Assembly: GCA_015522685.1 (NCBI GenBank)
Contig: WALU01000063.1
Coordinates: forward strand, 1-31,952
DNA: 31,952 nt
Origin: Thermoproteota archaeon
GTDB lineage: Archaea; Korarchaeota; Korarchaeia; Korarchaeales; Korarchaeaceae
Direction of reading: 5' to 3'
The notes beneath the pieces were generated by a model. The model did not search any database. It worked only from the letters and a program-made list of their open reading frames with translations, and was not told the DNA's origin. Positions 1 to 9,506 of this stretch are shown in pieces. The position numbers were made by a program, and so were the translations under genes. Numbering within the stretch: the first letter of the stretch is position 1; the number at the start of each line of letters is the position of its first letter.

Positions 1-154
1 CCATCATATAATAATAAAAAATAGATCCATAATGGGCATTATTCTTCTTTTATAACCTCAATTTTTTATGCTATATCATCGATTTATCTCTTCAATTCCC
101 TTATATGTACTAAAATTCTCCAAGTATGCTTATATTTTATGGTATGGATGAACA

Positions 155-1282
155 ATGGGTGATATAATGTCTAAGGTAAAGGTAGCTCTTGCAGGTATAG
201 GTAATGTTGCCTCCGCCTTGGTTCAAGGCGTGTTTAAATATAGAAGTGCTTCTGATGGTAATAACGTACCTGGAATAATGCACGTGAGATTTGGGCCCTA
301 CCATATATCTGACATAGAATTCGTTGCAGCCTTTGACATAGACGAGAGGAAAATAGGTAAGGATCTCTCAGAAGCAATATTCTCCAAACCTAATGTCCTA
401 GAGAAATTCGTTGATGTACCTAAGCTCGGAGTAGATGTTATTAAGGGACCAGTTCTTGACGGAGCAGCGCCTCATATGAAGAACTTCTCTTACGGAGAAG
501 GGTTCCTTGTGGACGATTCAAGGCCTAGCGTGAATGCGGTAGATATTCTCAAGGAAACAGGGGCCGATGTTTTGATAAATATGATACCAGTAGGGAGCCA
601 TGAGGCCAGCAGAGCATATGCAAAAGCTGCACTTGAAGCAGGAGTTGGCTTCATCAATGGAATGCCTGAGTTCATCGTAAGCGATCCCGTGTGGGGAGAA
701 AAGTTCAGGGAAAGGGGTATCTCTGCTGCTGGCGATGATTTCAAGAGTCAACTTGGGGCAACAATAGTCCACAGGACATTAGCAAGGCTTGCTGTGGAGA
801 GAGGGCTGAGGATTCTTAATACGTACCAACTGAACATAGGAGGGAATATGGACTTTCTCAATATGATAGAGGAGTCAAGGCTAAAGACAAAGAGGATAAG
901 TAAGACGGAAGCAGTTACCAGCATGATCCCCTATAAAGTGGGGGCTAGGGTGGGACCTAGCGACTATGTCCTATTTTTAGGTGACAGAAAGGTTATGTAT
1001 ATGTTCATGGAGGCCGAGCAGTTTGGAGGATTCAAGACATACATAGACGTGAAGCTCAGTGTCATGGATTCCCCCAATGCTGCTGGAGTCGCAATAGATG
1101 TTATAAGGGCAGTTAAGCTGGCAATGGACAGGGGAATTGCTGGTCCTCTGGAGGGCGTTAGCTCATACTTCTTCAAGCATCCACCTAAACAAGTTCCAGA
1201 CTATATTGCCAGGGAACTAGTTGAGGCTTTCATAAGGGGTGAGGAAATAAAAGCAGAGGAGGCTCTTAAGATCAAAACTTAA
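155..1282 (+). CDS. ino1: myo-inositol-1-phosphate synthase
   Basis: N-terminal Rossmann motif AGIGNVASALVQG, plus FVAAFDID, GDDFKSQLGAT, YQLNIGGNMDFLNM, VGPSDY and DSPNAAG, typical of archaeal/bacterial IPS. The start may be the ATG at 167. Confidence 0.95.
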   Translation: MGDIMSKVKVALAGIGNVASALVQGVFKYRSASDGNNVPGIMHVRFGPYHISDIEFVAAFDIDERKIGKDLSEAIFSKPNVLEKFVDVPKLGVDVIKGPVLDGAAPHMKNFSYGEGFLVDDSRPSVNAVDILKETGADVLINMIPVGSHEASRAYAKAALEAGVGFINGMPEFIVSDPVWGEKFRERGISAAGDDFKSQLGATIVHRTLARLAVERGLRILNTYQLNIGGNMDFLNMIEESRLKTKRISKTEAVTSMIPYKVGARVGPSDYVLFLGDRKVMYMFMEAEQFGGFKTYIDVKLSVMDSPNAAGVAIDVIRAVKLAMDRGIAGPLEGVSSYFFKHPPKQVPDYIARELVEAFIRGEEIKAEEALKIKT

Positions 1283-1509
1283 AAAATAGAGTCTCTTATC
1301 TCATCTAATTTATCTCTGATATCCTCTAATGAGAAGAAAGCTCTTGCATAGATAGACTTTCCTTCTCCCCTCATGTACATCCAAGAGTCTATTTTAGGAT
1401 CTATAAGGATCTTCTCCTCATCTAGCTCAGCTTCTATCCTTCTATCCTTATACCTTTTTATCAGGAAACCTCTTTTCCTGAGAAGATCTACTATATGTTC
1501 TATATCCAT
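1279..1509 (-). CDS. small hypothetical protein (76 aa)
   Basis: ATG preceded by an SD-like GGTGGT, genome-typical codon usage, stop overlapping the convergent ino1 stop. No recognised motif. Confidence 0.7.
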   Translation of the reverse strand: MDIEHIVDLLRKRGFLIKRYKDRRIEAELDEEKILIDPKIDSWMYMRGEGKSIYARAFFSLEDIRDKLDEIRDSIF

Positions 1510-1554
1510 AATACCACCTTTTAGCTGCGCCGCACTTCTAAAATATTACATTAA

Positions 1555-2094
1555 TTAAAGATTAAGCTTATTGATGCTTCCTTCGAGAGACAAATCATCT
1601 GTAGGGCGAAGCTTCTTAACAAACCAAGATATAGCAAGAGAAACTGCAATAAGAGAGGCTATAAGCTGAAATATTACAAGAAAGGCAAGTACCTCAAGAT
1701 TATTCTTGTAATAAGAGAACATAAGCCTACAATGGATTGATCTACCTCGCATCAGGACGAATCTTATGTTATCACAGGGGGCATCTAATATCCTATCACC
1801 AGAAGAGAATGTACTCAAATTCCCTTCAATACTTAAGAGTCCTAATGAAGTTCTATTTTTATTAAATAATCTCATATGCACCTCAAAGGGGCTTGATGAT
1901 GTACAAGATATATTATAATGAAATCTAAGACATGCAGATGGAATTGGGAGAGTGATAATAGGACTATCCTTTGATAAATAGACTACCTTATTATAAAAAG
2001 CCCTCTTTAATGCGTAATACATAGCACTAACTCCTAATACAAAAGAAAGAAGGAAGAATAAGACGCCATAAAGAGCTAACTTTTTTAGATTCAT
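1555..2094 (-). CDS. hypothetical membrane protein (2 TM helices flanking a beta-rich extracytoplasmic domain)
   Basis: ATG at 2094 overlaps the TGA stop of oppF (ATGA coupling). Hydrophobic segments LYGVLFFLLSFVLGVSAMYY and LAFLVIFQLIASLIAVSLAISWF. Confidence 0.75.
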   Translation of the reverse strand: MNLKKLALYGVLFFLLSFVLGVSAMYYALKRAFYNKVVYLSKDSPIITLPIPSACLRFHYNISCTSSSPFEVHMRLFNKNRTSLGLLSIEGNLSTFSSGDRILDAPCDNIRFVLMRGRSIHCRLMFSYYKNNLEVLAFLVIFQLIASLIAVSLAISWFVKKLRPTDDLSLEGSINKLNL

Positions 2095-3068
2095 TGTGGA
2101 TACCAGCACTTCACAAAGTGGTTTGGCGAGATCTCAACTTCCGGGGGCTCTCTCTCGCACTTCTCTGTAGCTATAGGACATCTCGGCCTAAATCTACATC
2201 CTTTTGGAGGATTAATGAGGCTAGGAGGCTCACCTGGCGGTACTTCCCTAAGTTTAAACCTATTTTTAGGATCTGGGTTCGGTATGGCCTCAAAGAGAGC
2301 TTGTGTATATGGATGAGATGGATGATTCAATATTTCCTGTGTGCTAGCCCTCTCGACAACATGACCGGCATACATTATGAATATCTTCTCTGAAAAATAC
2401 CTCGTTGTCGATAAATCGTGGGTTATATATACTGTAGACATCTTATATTTTTCCTGTATTCTCCTAAATATATTTAAAACATCTACTCTAACTGATGCAT
2501 CTAGCATAGAAACAGGTTCGTCTGCTATTACCAGCTTAGGTTCGAGAATTATTGCTCTTGCTATAGCAATTCTCTGCAATTGGCCGCCACTGAGCATATG
2601 TGGATATTTAAAGGTAAATTCTTCCGGCGGCAATTGGACCTCTTCGAGGATCTTATGAACAATCTCCCTTCTTTCTTCCTTGTCTCCTATCTTATTGACT
2701 ATAAGAGGTTCCTCTAATATTCTATAAATTGTAAAATGAGGAGGCATTGCCCCAAATGGGTCCTGTTGGACAAGCCCTGTTTCCCTTCTATACCATTTCA
2801 ATTTCTTAGGAGCTAAGTTAGTGATATCCTTCCCATCAAAAATAAGCTTCCCACCAGTCGGCCGATAAAGTCTCAGGATAGTTTTTCCTAATGTGGTTTT
2901 CCCGCTACCCGATTCTCCTACTAGCGATACTGCTTCTCCTTTATCTAAGTCAAAGGATATTTCATCTACCGCTCTTACATAGTAAGTCTTGCCCCCAAAA
3001 ATCCCTTTCTTTATGGGGAAGTATTTCTTTAGATCCTTAACCTCTAATAGTATCATCTTAATCATCAC
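2091..3068 (-). CDS. oppF: oligopeptide/dipeptide ABC transporter ATP-binding subunit (OppF/DppF-like)
   Basis: Walker A GESGSGKT, signature LSGGQ, Walker B VIADEP, H-loop ITHD, HPYT motif and C-terminal GCRFRPRC...C...C oligo_HPY domain. Confidence 0.93.
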   Translation of the reverse strand: MMIKMILLEVKDLKKYFPIKKGIFGGKTYYVRAVDEISFDLDKGEAVSLVGESGSGKTTLGKTILRLYRPTGGKLIFDGKDITNLAPKKLKWYRRETGLVQQDPFGAMPPHFTIYRILEEPLIVNKIGDKEERREIVHKILEEVQLPPEEFTFKYPHMLSGGQLQRIAIARAIILEPKLVIADEPVSMLDASVRVDVLNIFRRIQEKYKMSTVYITHDLSTTRYFSEKIFIMYAGHVVERASTQEILNHPSHPYTQALFEAIPNPDPKNRFKLREVPPGEPPSLINPPKGCRFRPRCPIATEKCEREPPEVEISPNHFVKCWYPQ

Positions 3069-4024
3069 CTATATAGCCAACACTTTACGGGGTGATCCTC
3101 ATCTCCAAAGAATGGTGGTTCCTTCCTACTGCATATTTCCATAGCATACTCGCATCTCGGATGAAATCTACATCCATTAGGAGGATTAATTAGGTTCGGT
3201 GGAGAACCCGGTATCGATTCAAGTTCTTTGTCTCCTCTCAAAGTAGGAACGCTCTTCATTAACTTCTGAGTATATGGATGCTTCGGATTACTATAAAATT
3301 CCTCTGCACTAGCTATTTCTACTATCTGGCCTGCATACATGGTAGCGACCCTATCTGCTAGCTCGCTAGCTAAAGCTATGTCATGAGTAATTATTATGTA
3401 TGTAAGCGATTTTTCCTTTTTTAATATTTTTAACATATTCATAATATTAGCTTGGGTTATTACATCTAAAGCTGATGTTGGCTCATCTAAGATGACTATA
3501 TCTGGATTCGTGATTAAAGCCATGGCTATAACAACTCTCTGTCTCATTCCACCACTAAGTTCGAAAGGATACCTATCAGCGAATGTTTCATCTATCCCCA
3601 CCTGCTTTAAGGAATTCCTAGCTTTCTTCGAAGCCTCATTCTTATCCATTCTCATATGTAGAATTAGAGGCTCAGCTATCTGATCTCCTACCTTAATGAC
3701 TGGATTTAATGAGTTGAGGGCCCCTTGGAAGACCATAGAGATTTTTCTCCATCGGACCTGTTTCCTAAATTCTTCCTTACTGAGCTTCATTATATCTGTA
3801 CCATTAAGGAATATCTTGCCATCATAGGCATAAACATTCCTGGGTAGCAGCCTTATTATGGCTCTAGATAGAGAGCTCTTCCCGCTTCCAGACTCTCCAA
3901 CTATCGCTAATGTTTCTCCTCTCTTTAATTTGAAAGAAACTCTATCAACAGCTTTTACTGTCCCTCTTCTTGTTCTGTAATATAACCTGACATCTTCTGC
4001 CGATAGAATGCTTTCATTAGGCAT
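3065..4024 (-). CDS. oppD: oligopeptide/dipeptide ABC transporter ATP-binding subunit (OppD/DppD-like)
   Basis: GESGSGKS, LSGGMRQR, ILDEPT, ITHD, HPYT and GCRFHPRC motifs. Confidence 0.93.
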   Translation of the reverse strand: MPNESILSAEDVRLYYRTRRGTVKAVDRVSFKLKRGETLAIVGESGSGKSSLSRAIIRLLPRNVYAYDGKIFLNGTDIMKLSKEEFRKQVRWRKISMVFQGALNSLNPVIKVGDQIAEPLILHMRMDKNEASKKARNSLKQVGIDETFADRYPFELSGGMRQRVVIAMALITNPDIVILDEPTSALDVITQANIMNMLKILKKEKSLTYIIITHDIALASELADRVATMYAGQIVEIASAEEFYSNPKHPYTQKLMKSVPTLRGDKELESIPGSPPNLINPPNGCRFHPRCEYAMEICSRKEPPFFGDEDHPVKCWLYR

Positions 4025-4027
4025 GAT

Positions 4028-5419
4028 TCACATCTCCCTCAGTCTAGGATTAACTATTCTATCCAAAGCTAAGCCTATCAAAGCAAACGATATGGCTGTG
4101 AGCACTAGCATTATAGATGGCATGAGAACCCAGTGGTAGTATCCCTTATAGAGAGCCCCTCCTGAGAACGCTTCCTCAACGATTCTTCCCCAGCTAACGA
4201 CATTGGGGTCACTAAGGCCTAGAAAAGATAAAGCTGCCTCCAAGAAGACATAGCTAGGAATGGACAGTACGAGAGTAGGGACAATGGGTGGGAGAAGTCT
4301 AGGCACTATATAAAGGAGGATTATTCTCATATTTCCAGCACCATATGCAAGAGCAGCCTCCACATAGGGATAGCTCTTGATCTGCATGGTCCATACTCTA
4401 TAAGTTTTCACAGAGGTTCCAAAAATGCTCAATAATATTACCATTAGAAGAAGTTTCCATAAACTCATTCCATAAAGTAAGGAGATCATTATTAAGATGG
4501 GAAGGAAGGGAAGTATCATATAAACTTCTGTTAATCTTTGTATTATTGAATCAACCCTTCCTCCATAATAACCACTTATAGCAGCTATAATTAACTGAAC
4601 AAACGATATAATTAGAGAAGCTGTAATTCCAAAGGCTAGCGCTATGGGCGCTCCCCAAATCAGGCCTAAATCCAAGGGCCTCCTTTGGTCATCTGTTCCA
4701 GCAATGCCATATACCTTTCCATAAATCACAGTTTCATAGCTAACTTTATCACCCTCATTCCTAAGAGTGAATTTCAATCTTGCTGAGTATCTTCCCTTTT
4801 CTGTCTCTAGCTTTCCATTATATGAGATAAACAAAGCTCTGTTAAGCGAAATGACGAAATTAGGTTTCTTTCCAATTTTCTTTATCACATGCTCGGCTAG
4901 ATCGCCTTCTAGCCTTACGTTATTTGTCAGATATATCCTATTAGTTCCATTTCTTAATGTATATTTTCCCAAATAGAGTGTATCTCCTGAGGGTTTCGTC
5001 CAATAAACCTCCATTTTAGGCCTGCTTCGTGCATAAGTTGCATTCACAAATATTATAATATCATCAGGGAAATCATCGGCATCAAAGTAAAACTTATCAG
5101 TATATATAAGCTCCGTAATAGCTCCATTTCTCAGTTTCTCTTCAGAATGACCCTCTTTTCTATGTCCTAAGAATATAGTCCTTGGTAGCTTCTTACTAGA
5201 GAAGTAATTAACCCACTCTGGAGCAGCATTCTTTGGGTACTTTAGCCATATCTCTCTCTCATTCCATAATTGTCCAGATTTAGAATAAGGTGTAAAGAAA
5301 ATAGCATAAGCTGATATGCCTACAAGGAAAAGCAGTATTAGAAGCCCAATTACTGCACTCTTATAATGTAAAAGCTCTCGAATTATACCTCTCAGAGAAT
5401 ACTCCTCTGAAACACTCAT
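4028..5419 (-). CDS. oppC: peptide ABC transporter permease (OppC-like) with large extracytoplasmic insertion
   Basis: GTDDQRR motif, EAA loop YVEAALAYGAG, EAALSFLGL and NPRLR C-terminus; about 190-aa soluble insert after the first TM. Confidence 0.92.
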   Translation of the reverse strand: MSVSEEYSLRGIIRELLHYKSAVIGLLILLFLVGISAYAIFFTPYSKSGQLWNEREIWLKYPKNAAPEWVNYFSSKKLPRTIFLGHRKEGHSEEKLRNGAITELIYTDKFYFDADDFPDDIIIFVNATYARSRPKMEVYWTKPSGDTLYLGKYTLRNGTNRIYLTNNVRLEGDLAEHVIKKIGKKPNFVISLNRALFISYNGKLETEKGRYSARLKFTLRNEGDKVSYETVIYGKVYGIAGTDDQRRPLDLGLIWGAPIALAFGITASLIISFVQLIIAAISGYYGGRVDSIIQRLTEVYMILPFLPILIMISLLYGMSLWKLLLMVILLSIFGTSVKTYRVWTMQIKSYPYVEAALAYGAGNMRIILLYIVPRLLPPIVPTLVLSIPSYVFLEAALSFLGLSDPNVVSWGRIVEEAFSGGALYKGYYHWVLMPSIMLVLTAISFALIGLALDRIVNPRLREM

Positions 5420-6489
5420 AATCCACCACCTTGGCCTGCTCTAATCCTAGGATCTACAATTCCATATATCAGCTCTAGGAGAAATACTGTTGCAGCTATC
5501 AGATAAGCGAACACCACCGTTATACCAACGATAACTGGTACATCAAATACCCCTATAGCACGGTAGTATGTAAGCCCTAAACCAGGCCAATTAAATACAG
5601 TCTCTGTTATTATCGCCCCGCTCCAAGAGAATACTACTGCAAATGCGAAGGAGGTTATTATAGGAGGTAAGGCTGGCCTAAGTATGTACCTTCTCTCTAT
5701 CTGCCTAGGAGACAACCCCTTTGCTTTAGCCACTTCTACGTAATCTTCTGTTGAATATGTTAAGAAGAACGATCTGTTACTATATATCCCTATAAAGAAG
5801 CTCGCTATCACCCAAGAAGCCAATGGAAGTATCATATGCTTTAATACGCTTAAAAAGAAAGCTATAGAATCTGTAGGTGGAGGATAATCCACGAGACCTC
5901 CCGGTGGGAGGACATGAAGCCACGTATAAAATATCAGGATGAGGAATATCCCGTAAAACCATCCAGGTATCGCTGACGTTGGTGATAAATAAATGACTAG
6001 TTTATCCCAAAATGATCCGAACTTACGTGAGAGATATAAACCGCCAAATAGACCTATGAAGAAATTAATTACAGTAGCAGTGGTGAAAAGTAATATTGTT
6101 TGAGGAAGTCTCTCCAAAATTATTATTCTAACAGATCTGGATCCAGAATCACTGGTTAAAACAGTTGCTCGCCCTAAATCTAAGGTTATAGCTTTCCATA
6201 GATATCGAAAACTTCGGATTAGAAATGGTTGATCTAATCCTCTACTTCTAATTTCGATCTGAGAAAGCTTATCTATAAGCTTTTGTCTTTCCTCAAGTGA
6301 GAGTCCCTTATACGCGGGGTTGCCATTCACAGTCTGGGATATTTTCAGTTTTATACTACTTATCTCTATCTTATCAATGTACCCTCCTGCATTAGCTACT
6401 ATGACCGTGATGTATGTTGCTACTAAGACCATAAGGAAGAGTATGAAGGCTCTCTTAATCATTACCTTAGCTACCTTTGGAAAGGCCAT
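5416..6489 (-). CDS. oppB: peptide ABC transporter permease (OppB-like)
   Basis: LDLG, ERLPQT, EAA loop YVEVAKAKGL, ITETVFNWPGLG and DPRIR motifs. Likely start is the ATG at 6489 with SD GGAGA. Confidence 0.92.
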   Translation of the reverse strand: MAFPKVAKVMIKRAFILFLMVLVATYITVIVANAGGYIDKIEISSIKLKISQTVNGNPAYKGLSLEERQKLIDKLSQIEIRSRGLDQPFLIRSFRYLWKAITLDLGRATVLTSDSGSRSVRIIILERLPQTILLFTTATVINFFIGLFGGLYLSRKFGSFWDKLVIYLSPTSAIPGWFYGIFLILIFYTWLHVLPPGGLVDYPPPTDSIAFFLSVLKHMILPLASWVIASFFIGIYSNRSFFLTYSTEDYVEVAKAKGLSPRQIERRYILRPALPPIITSFAFAVVFSWSGAIITETVFNWPGLGLTYYRAIGVFDVPVIVGITVVFAYLIAATVFLLELIYGIVDPRIRAGQGGGL

Positions 6490-6539
6490 GTTCTCCAGCC
6501 AAAGAACATGACTGTAATAAAACAATAAAAGGATACTGG

Positions 6540-6572
6540 TTTTCTTTAAAAAGAAAGGGAAAGTGGAAGGTT
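6540..6572 (-). terminator. pyrimidine/T-rich tract after the binding-protein gene, possible partial archaeal terminator
   Basis: Minus strand reads CCTTCCACTTTCCCTTTCTTTTTAAAG immediately after the stop codon. Confidence 0.4.
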
Positions 6573-9161
6573 TTAGAGCTTCTCGAATACTACTGATATC
6601 TCATCAAGGCTGACCTTCGAATCTCCGTTTTTATCCTGCCACTTAACTACTACAAGTCCCTTATTCGCTCTATTCTTTAATATGTAAAGCAAAGCAGCCT
6701 CAGTACCAAATCTTGTCGAACCAGCAACGTATAGATTATCACCTATTATTGTAGCTATACCATAGCCAACCTTACCCCACTGGCTCCTATAAGTCCTTCT
6801 GTTTGGTAAGGTTAAGGTGCTACCGGTGAGCTTGATGCCAACTTTCTCAAAGGCTACTTTAGTATGTATATTGACAGCAGGTCCTCCCAGTACTAAACTA
6901 ACTCCTTCCGGACCATACTTTATCTCCTTTGCAGGGAAGTACTTCCAGTATATAGCCTTATCATATCCAAAAGCCACTGTCACATATGGATAAATCATGA
7001 ACTCACTTATGAACCTAGCAGGTTTTTCCAACTTATAAGGCAATAGCCTTATAGATTTTAACAGCGCTGTATGAGCTATAGCATCTACTCTATCTACATA
7101 ATAAGGTCCATCAGCTACCCAGAAGTGTCCATGTTTCTCATAGAAGCTCTTTAAAAGCTTGTATCTTCTCTTAGCCTCAGCAGTGGTTACATACTTACCA
7201 AGGAAGTTCTTGAATGGTATATACCCCTCATTATATGCCTGATCCAGATCTTTACTTAATATCTTAAGGCTTGGTCCAGCTATATAGTTCATCCATTCAA
7301 CATCCAGCTTCTGAGCTTTTGTCTGGCCAAATGCAAGTTCCTTACTCTTCTCAGCCAATATTCCTGTAGCTATCATATGCCAAGGTTCGGAAGGCCAGAG
7401 AGCGAAGTTATAAGCTATTACTTCGGCATCCAAGGCTATATAATTAACGTAGTATTCTACCACAAGTGGATCCTTACTAACTATTCTCCAAGCGACAAAC
7501 TGGTTTCTGTAAGTTTCAAAGCTTGGCACAGAATCTTCATCGTATATTTCACTAGATGGATTTGCTCTCTCAAACGTTATTATCCAAGGTAGTATGAAGT
7601 CTGCAAGCGTCCTCTTACTTCCATCATGGTACGCTGTCTTGTTTAACTGAGGACCATAATTGACGACAAACTTGACCTTGGCTTCCTTAACGCCTGCTTC
7701 TCCAGCAGTTATCATCTTCTGGTTCTTAACATCCCATGCATACCATGCGTCTGGTGGTACTGTTACCTTATCAACGAACGTTAAATTGAACCAGTCCTTA
7801 GTCTCACTGTTAGAGGTTGTTGGCGCTCCCTTCTCAACTTCCATGGTAACAGTTTTCACATTTATTGGTATTGGTAGTCCATTCTGTGGGCTAAGTACAA
7901 ATGCATTATCTTCTGAACCATAATCATATATCATAGAATCGTATATCCAATCCGATCCTGCTATCGGATTCCAAGGATCTATAATTACCTCGGCACTTCC
8001 TATTTTAGCTGTTCCACCCATCTTCATATTTCTGTTTATGAAGTAAGCCCATGCCTGATTTGCATAGCCAGCGGCCTTATCAGCAACCAAATAGAGACTC
8101 TTTCTGCGTGCCCATACAGCAGTCTGGTCAACTATCCATATTCTAGCAGAATCTTTCATGGCCAGCCAAAAGGCCTCTTCCATGAGCTTATTTCTCTCCT
8201 CTATACTCTTGAAATTTCTCTCAGCTAAACGCTTGGTTATATTGTAGAACTCAGGAGATGGCTTATAAGCCTGCCATAGCGGAGACCATGGAAGTCCCTC
8301 AGGTGTATAGAAGAACAGAAAGTTATCGGATTCATCTCTGACTACAGCAGTTGTGATCCATCCTCCAGTGTAGAGGTTCCATGTTCCCTCAGATGGATCT
8401 CCAAGGATCCAGTAAGGAGCGGATTCTCTACTTGTCTTATACATTCTGTTAACAGTAAACCCAAGTTTCTCCAGCTGATTTGCTATATAATCTCCTATCT
8501 GCTTTCTAGCATCCTCCACTCTTATGAGGAAGTTTAAGACAACAGGTTCTCCTTTATAATACCACTTTCCTCCCTTAAGCGTAGCTCCTAGTTTCTCCAT
8601 CTCTGCGGTTATTATTGCCTTACCCTTTTCAAAGTCGTATGCATAGGCATCCTCAATCCTGTTTATCACATCGGCATACCTCTGTCCCTCGGGCATAGCC
8701 TTTACAAAGCAAGTGAACTTAGGAACACCTAGACCACCTAATATTTCATCTACTATGTAATCTCTATCGATTACATAGTTCATGGCTTCCCTTATCTTCG
8801 GGTCACTAAATGGATTCAGTTTACCATTCTTAAATTTTGGGCCATATGGATTGAAAGTAAGATCATAGTACAAACCATAGGAGAAGTCGTAAGATAGCTC
8901 AGGTGACTCCCTTATCTCTCTATATAGATCAGGATCAGAAATATCAATGAAGTAAGCATTCATATCTCCCTTCTTTAACTCGTCAAGGGCCTTGGCGCGA
9001 TCTGGTTCTCTAAAGAACACTATTTGGTCAAGCCATCCATATTTGTTTATCGGCAGTTCCTTCTGTGGCTCAGCTAATGCTGGTGAGATGCTAGGGAATA
9101 TCAAGAGAGTTACTAACATCACAAAGATTGCTATACCAAGATATTTAGTCCCATTCTTCAT
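6573..9161 (-). CDS. oppA: ABC transporter substrate-binding protein, family 5 (large archaeal type) with C-terminal S-layer-like domain
   Basis: Signal peptide (K, hydrophobic stretch, PALA), NPFSDPKIREAMNYVIDRD SBP_bac_5 motif, position at the head of the opp operon, SD GGGGTGA. The C-terminal ~120 aa contain VLGGPAVN and VAGSTRFGTEAA. Confidence 0.9.
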   Translation of the reverse strand: MKNGTKYLGIAIFVMLVTLLIFPSISPALAEPQKELPINKYGWLDQIVFFREPDRAKALDELKKGDMNAYFIDISDPDLYREIRESPELSYDFSYGLYYDLTFNPYGPKFKNGKLNPFSDPKIREAMNYVIDRDYIVDEILGGLGVPKFTCFVKAMPEGQRYADVINRIEDAYAYDFEKGKAIITAEMEKLGATLKGGKWYYKGEPVVLNFLIRVEDARKQIGDYIANQLEKLGFTVNRMYKTSRESAPYWILGDPSEGTWNLYTGGWITTAVVRDESDNFLFFYTPEGLPWSPLWQAYKPSPEFYNITKRLAERNFKSIEERNKLMEEAFWLAMKDSARIWIVDQTAVWARRKSLYLVADKAAGYANQAWAYFINRNMKMGGTAKIGSAEVIIDPWNPIAGSDWIYDSMIYDYGSEDNAFVLSPQNGLPIPINVKTVTMEVEKGAPTTSNSETKDWFNLTFVDKVTVPPDAWYAWDVKNQKMITAGEAGVKEAKVKFVVNYGPQLNKTAYHDGSKRTLADFILPWIITFERANPSSEIYDEDSVPSFETYRNQFVAWRIVSKDPLVVEYYVNYIALDAEVIAYNFALWPSEPWHMIATGILAEKSKELAFGQTKAQKLDVEWMNYIAGPSLKILSKDLDQAYNEGYIPFKNFLGKYVTTAEAKRRYKLLKSFYEKHGHFWVADGPYYVDRVDAIAHTALLKSIRLLPYKLEKPARFISEFMIYPYVTVAFGYDKAIYWKYFPAKEIKYGPEGVSLVLGGPAVNIHTKVAFEKVGIKLTGSTLTLPNRRTYRSQWGKVGYGIATIIGDNLYVAGSTRFGTEAALLYILKNRANKGLVVVKWQDKNGDSKVSLDEISVVFEKL

Positions 9162-9203
9162 ATGCTCACCCCGAGTAGGGCTATTTATATTCCCTCACTT
9201 TCT

Positions 9204-9216
9204 TTTAAATATATAA
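9204..9216 (-). promoter_or_regulatory. TATA box of the opp operon
   Basis: Minus strand TTATATATTTAAA about 45-55 nt upstream of the SD-led ATG at 9161. Confidence 0.5.
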
Positions 9217-9506
9217 CATCGATACTTTACGCAACAATTTCAGCAGGTAAATTGGATGCTATCATTTTGAATACCTAACAGGAGATGTAGCTATCTCTAA
9301 TATTATTATGAAAGGAAAAAGCGCTGGATTTTTTGAAAGAGTTTAATAGAAAAGGAGGATGCACTTGATTAATCCTTACATTGGAAGGCAACATTAATAT
9401 TCTTAATTAAACTCTGCTATTATATTAGAAAATGGACATACATAAGAACATATTCAAATATAAAAATACTTTTAACTTTGAAACACGAAGTTCGTACAGT
9501 GGTAGC

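Noticed and set aside
9217-9400. Possible gene remnant in the oppA/aminotransferase spacer (YHFEYLTGDVAISNIIMKG / KEKALDFLKEFNRKGG, faintly NikR C-terminal-like)
   Set aside because: Too short and too weak to assign by eye; the region also has to hold two divergent promoters.
9432-9506. ORF-track N-terminal extension of the aminotransferase
   Set aside because: AT-rich promoter-like sequence; family similarity begins at ATG 9507.
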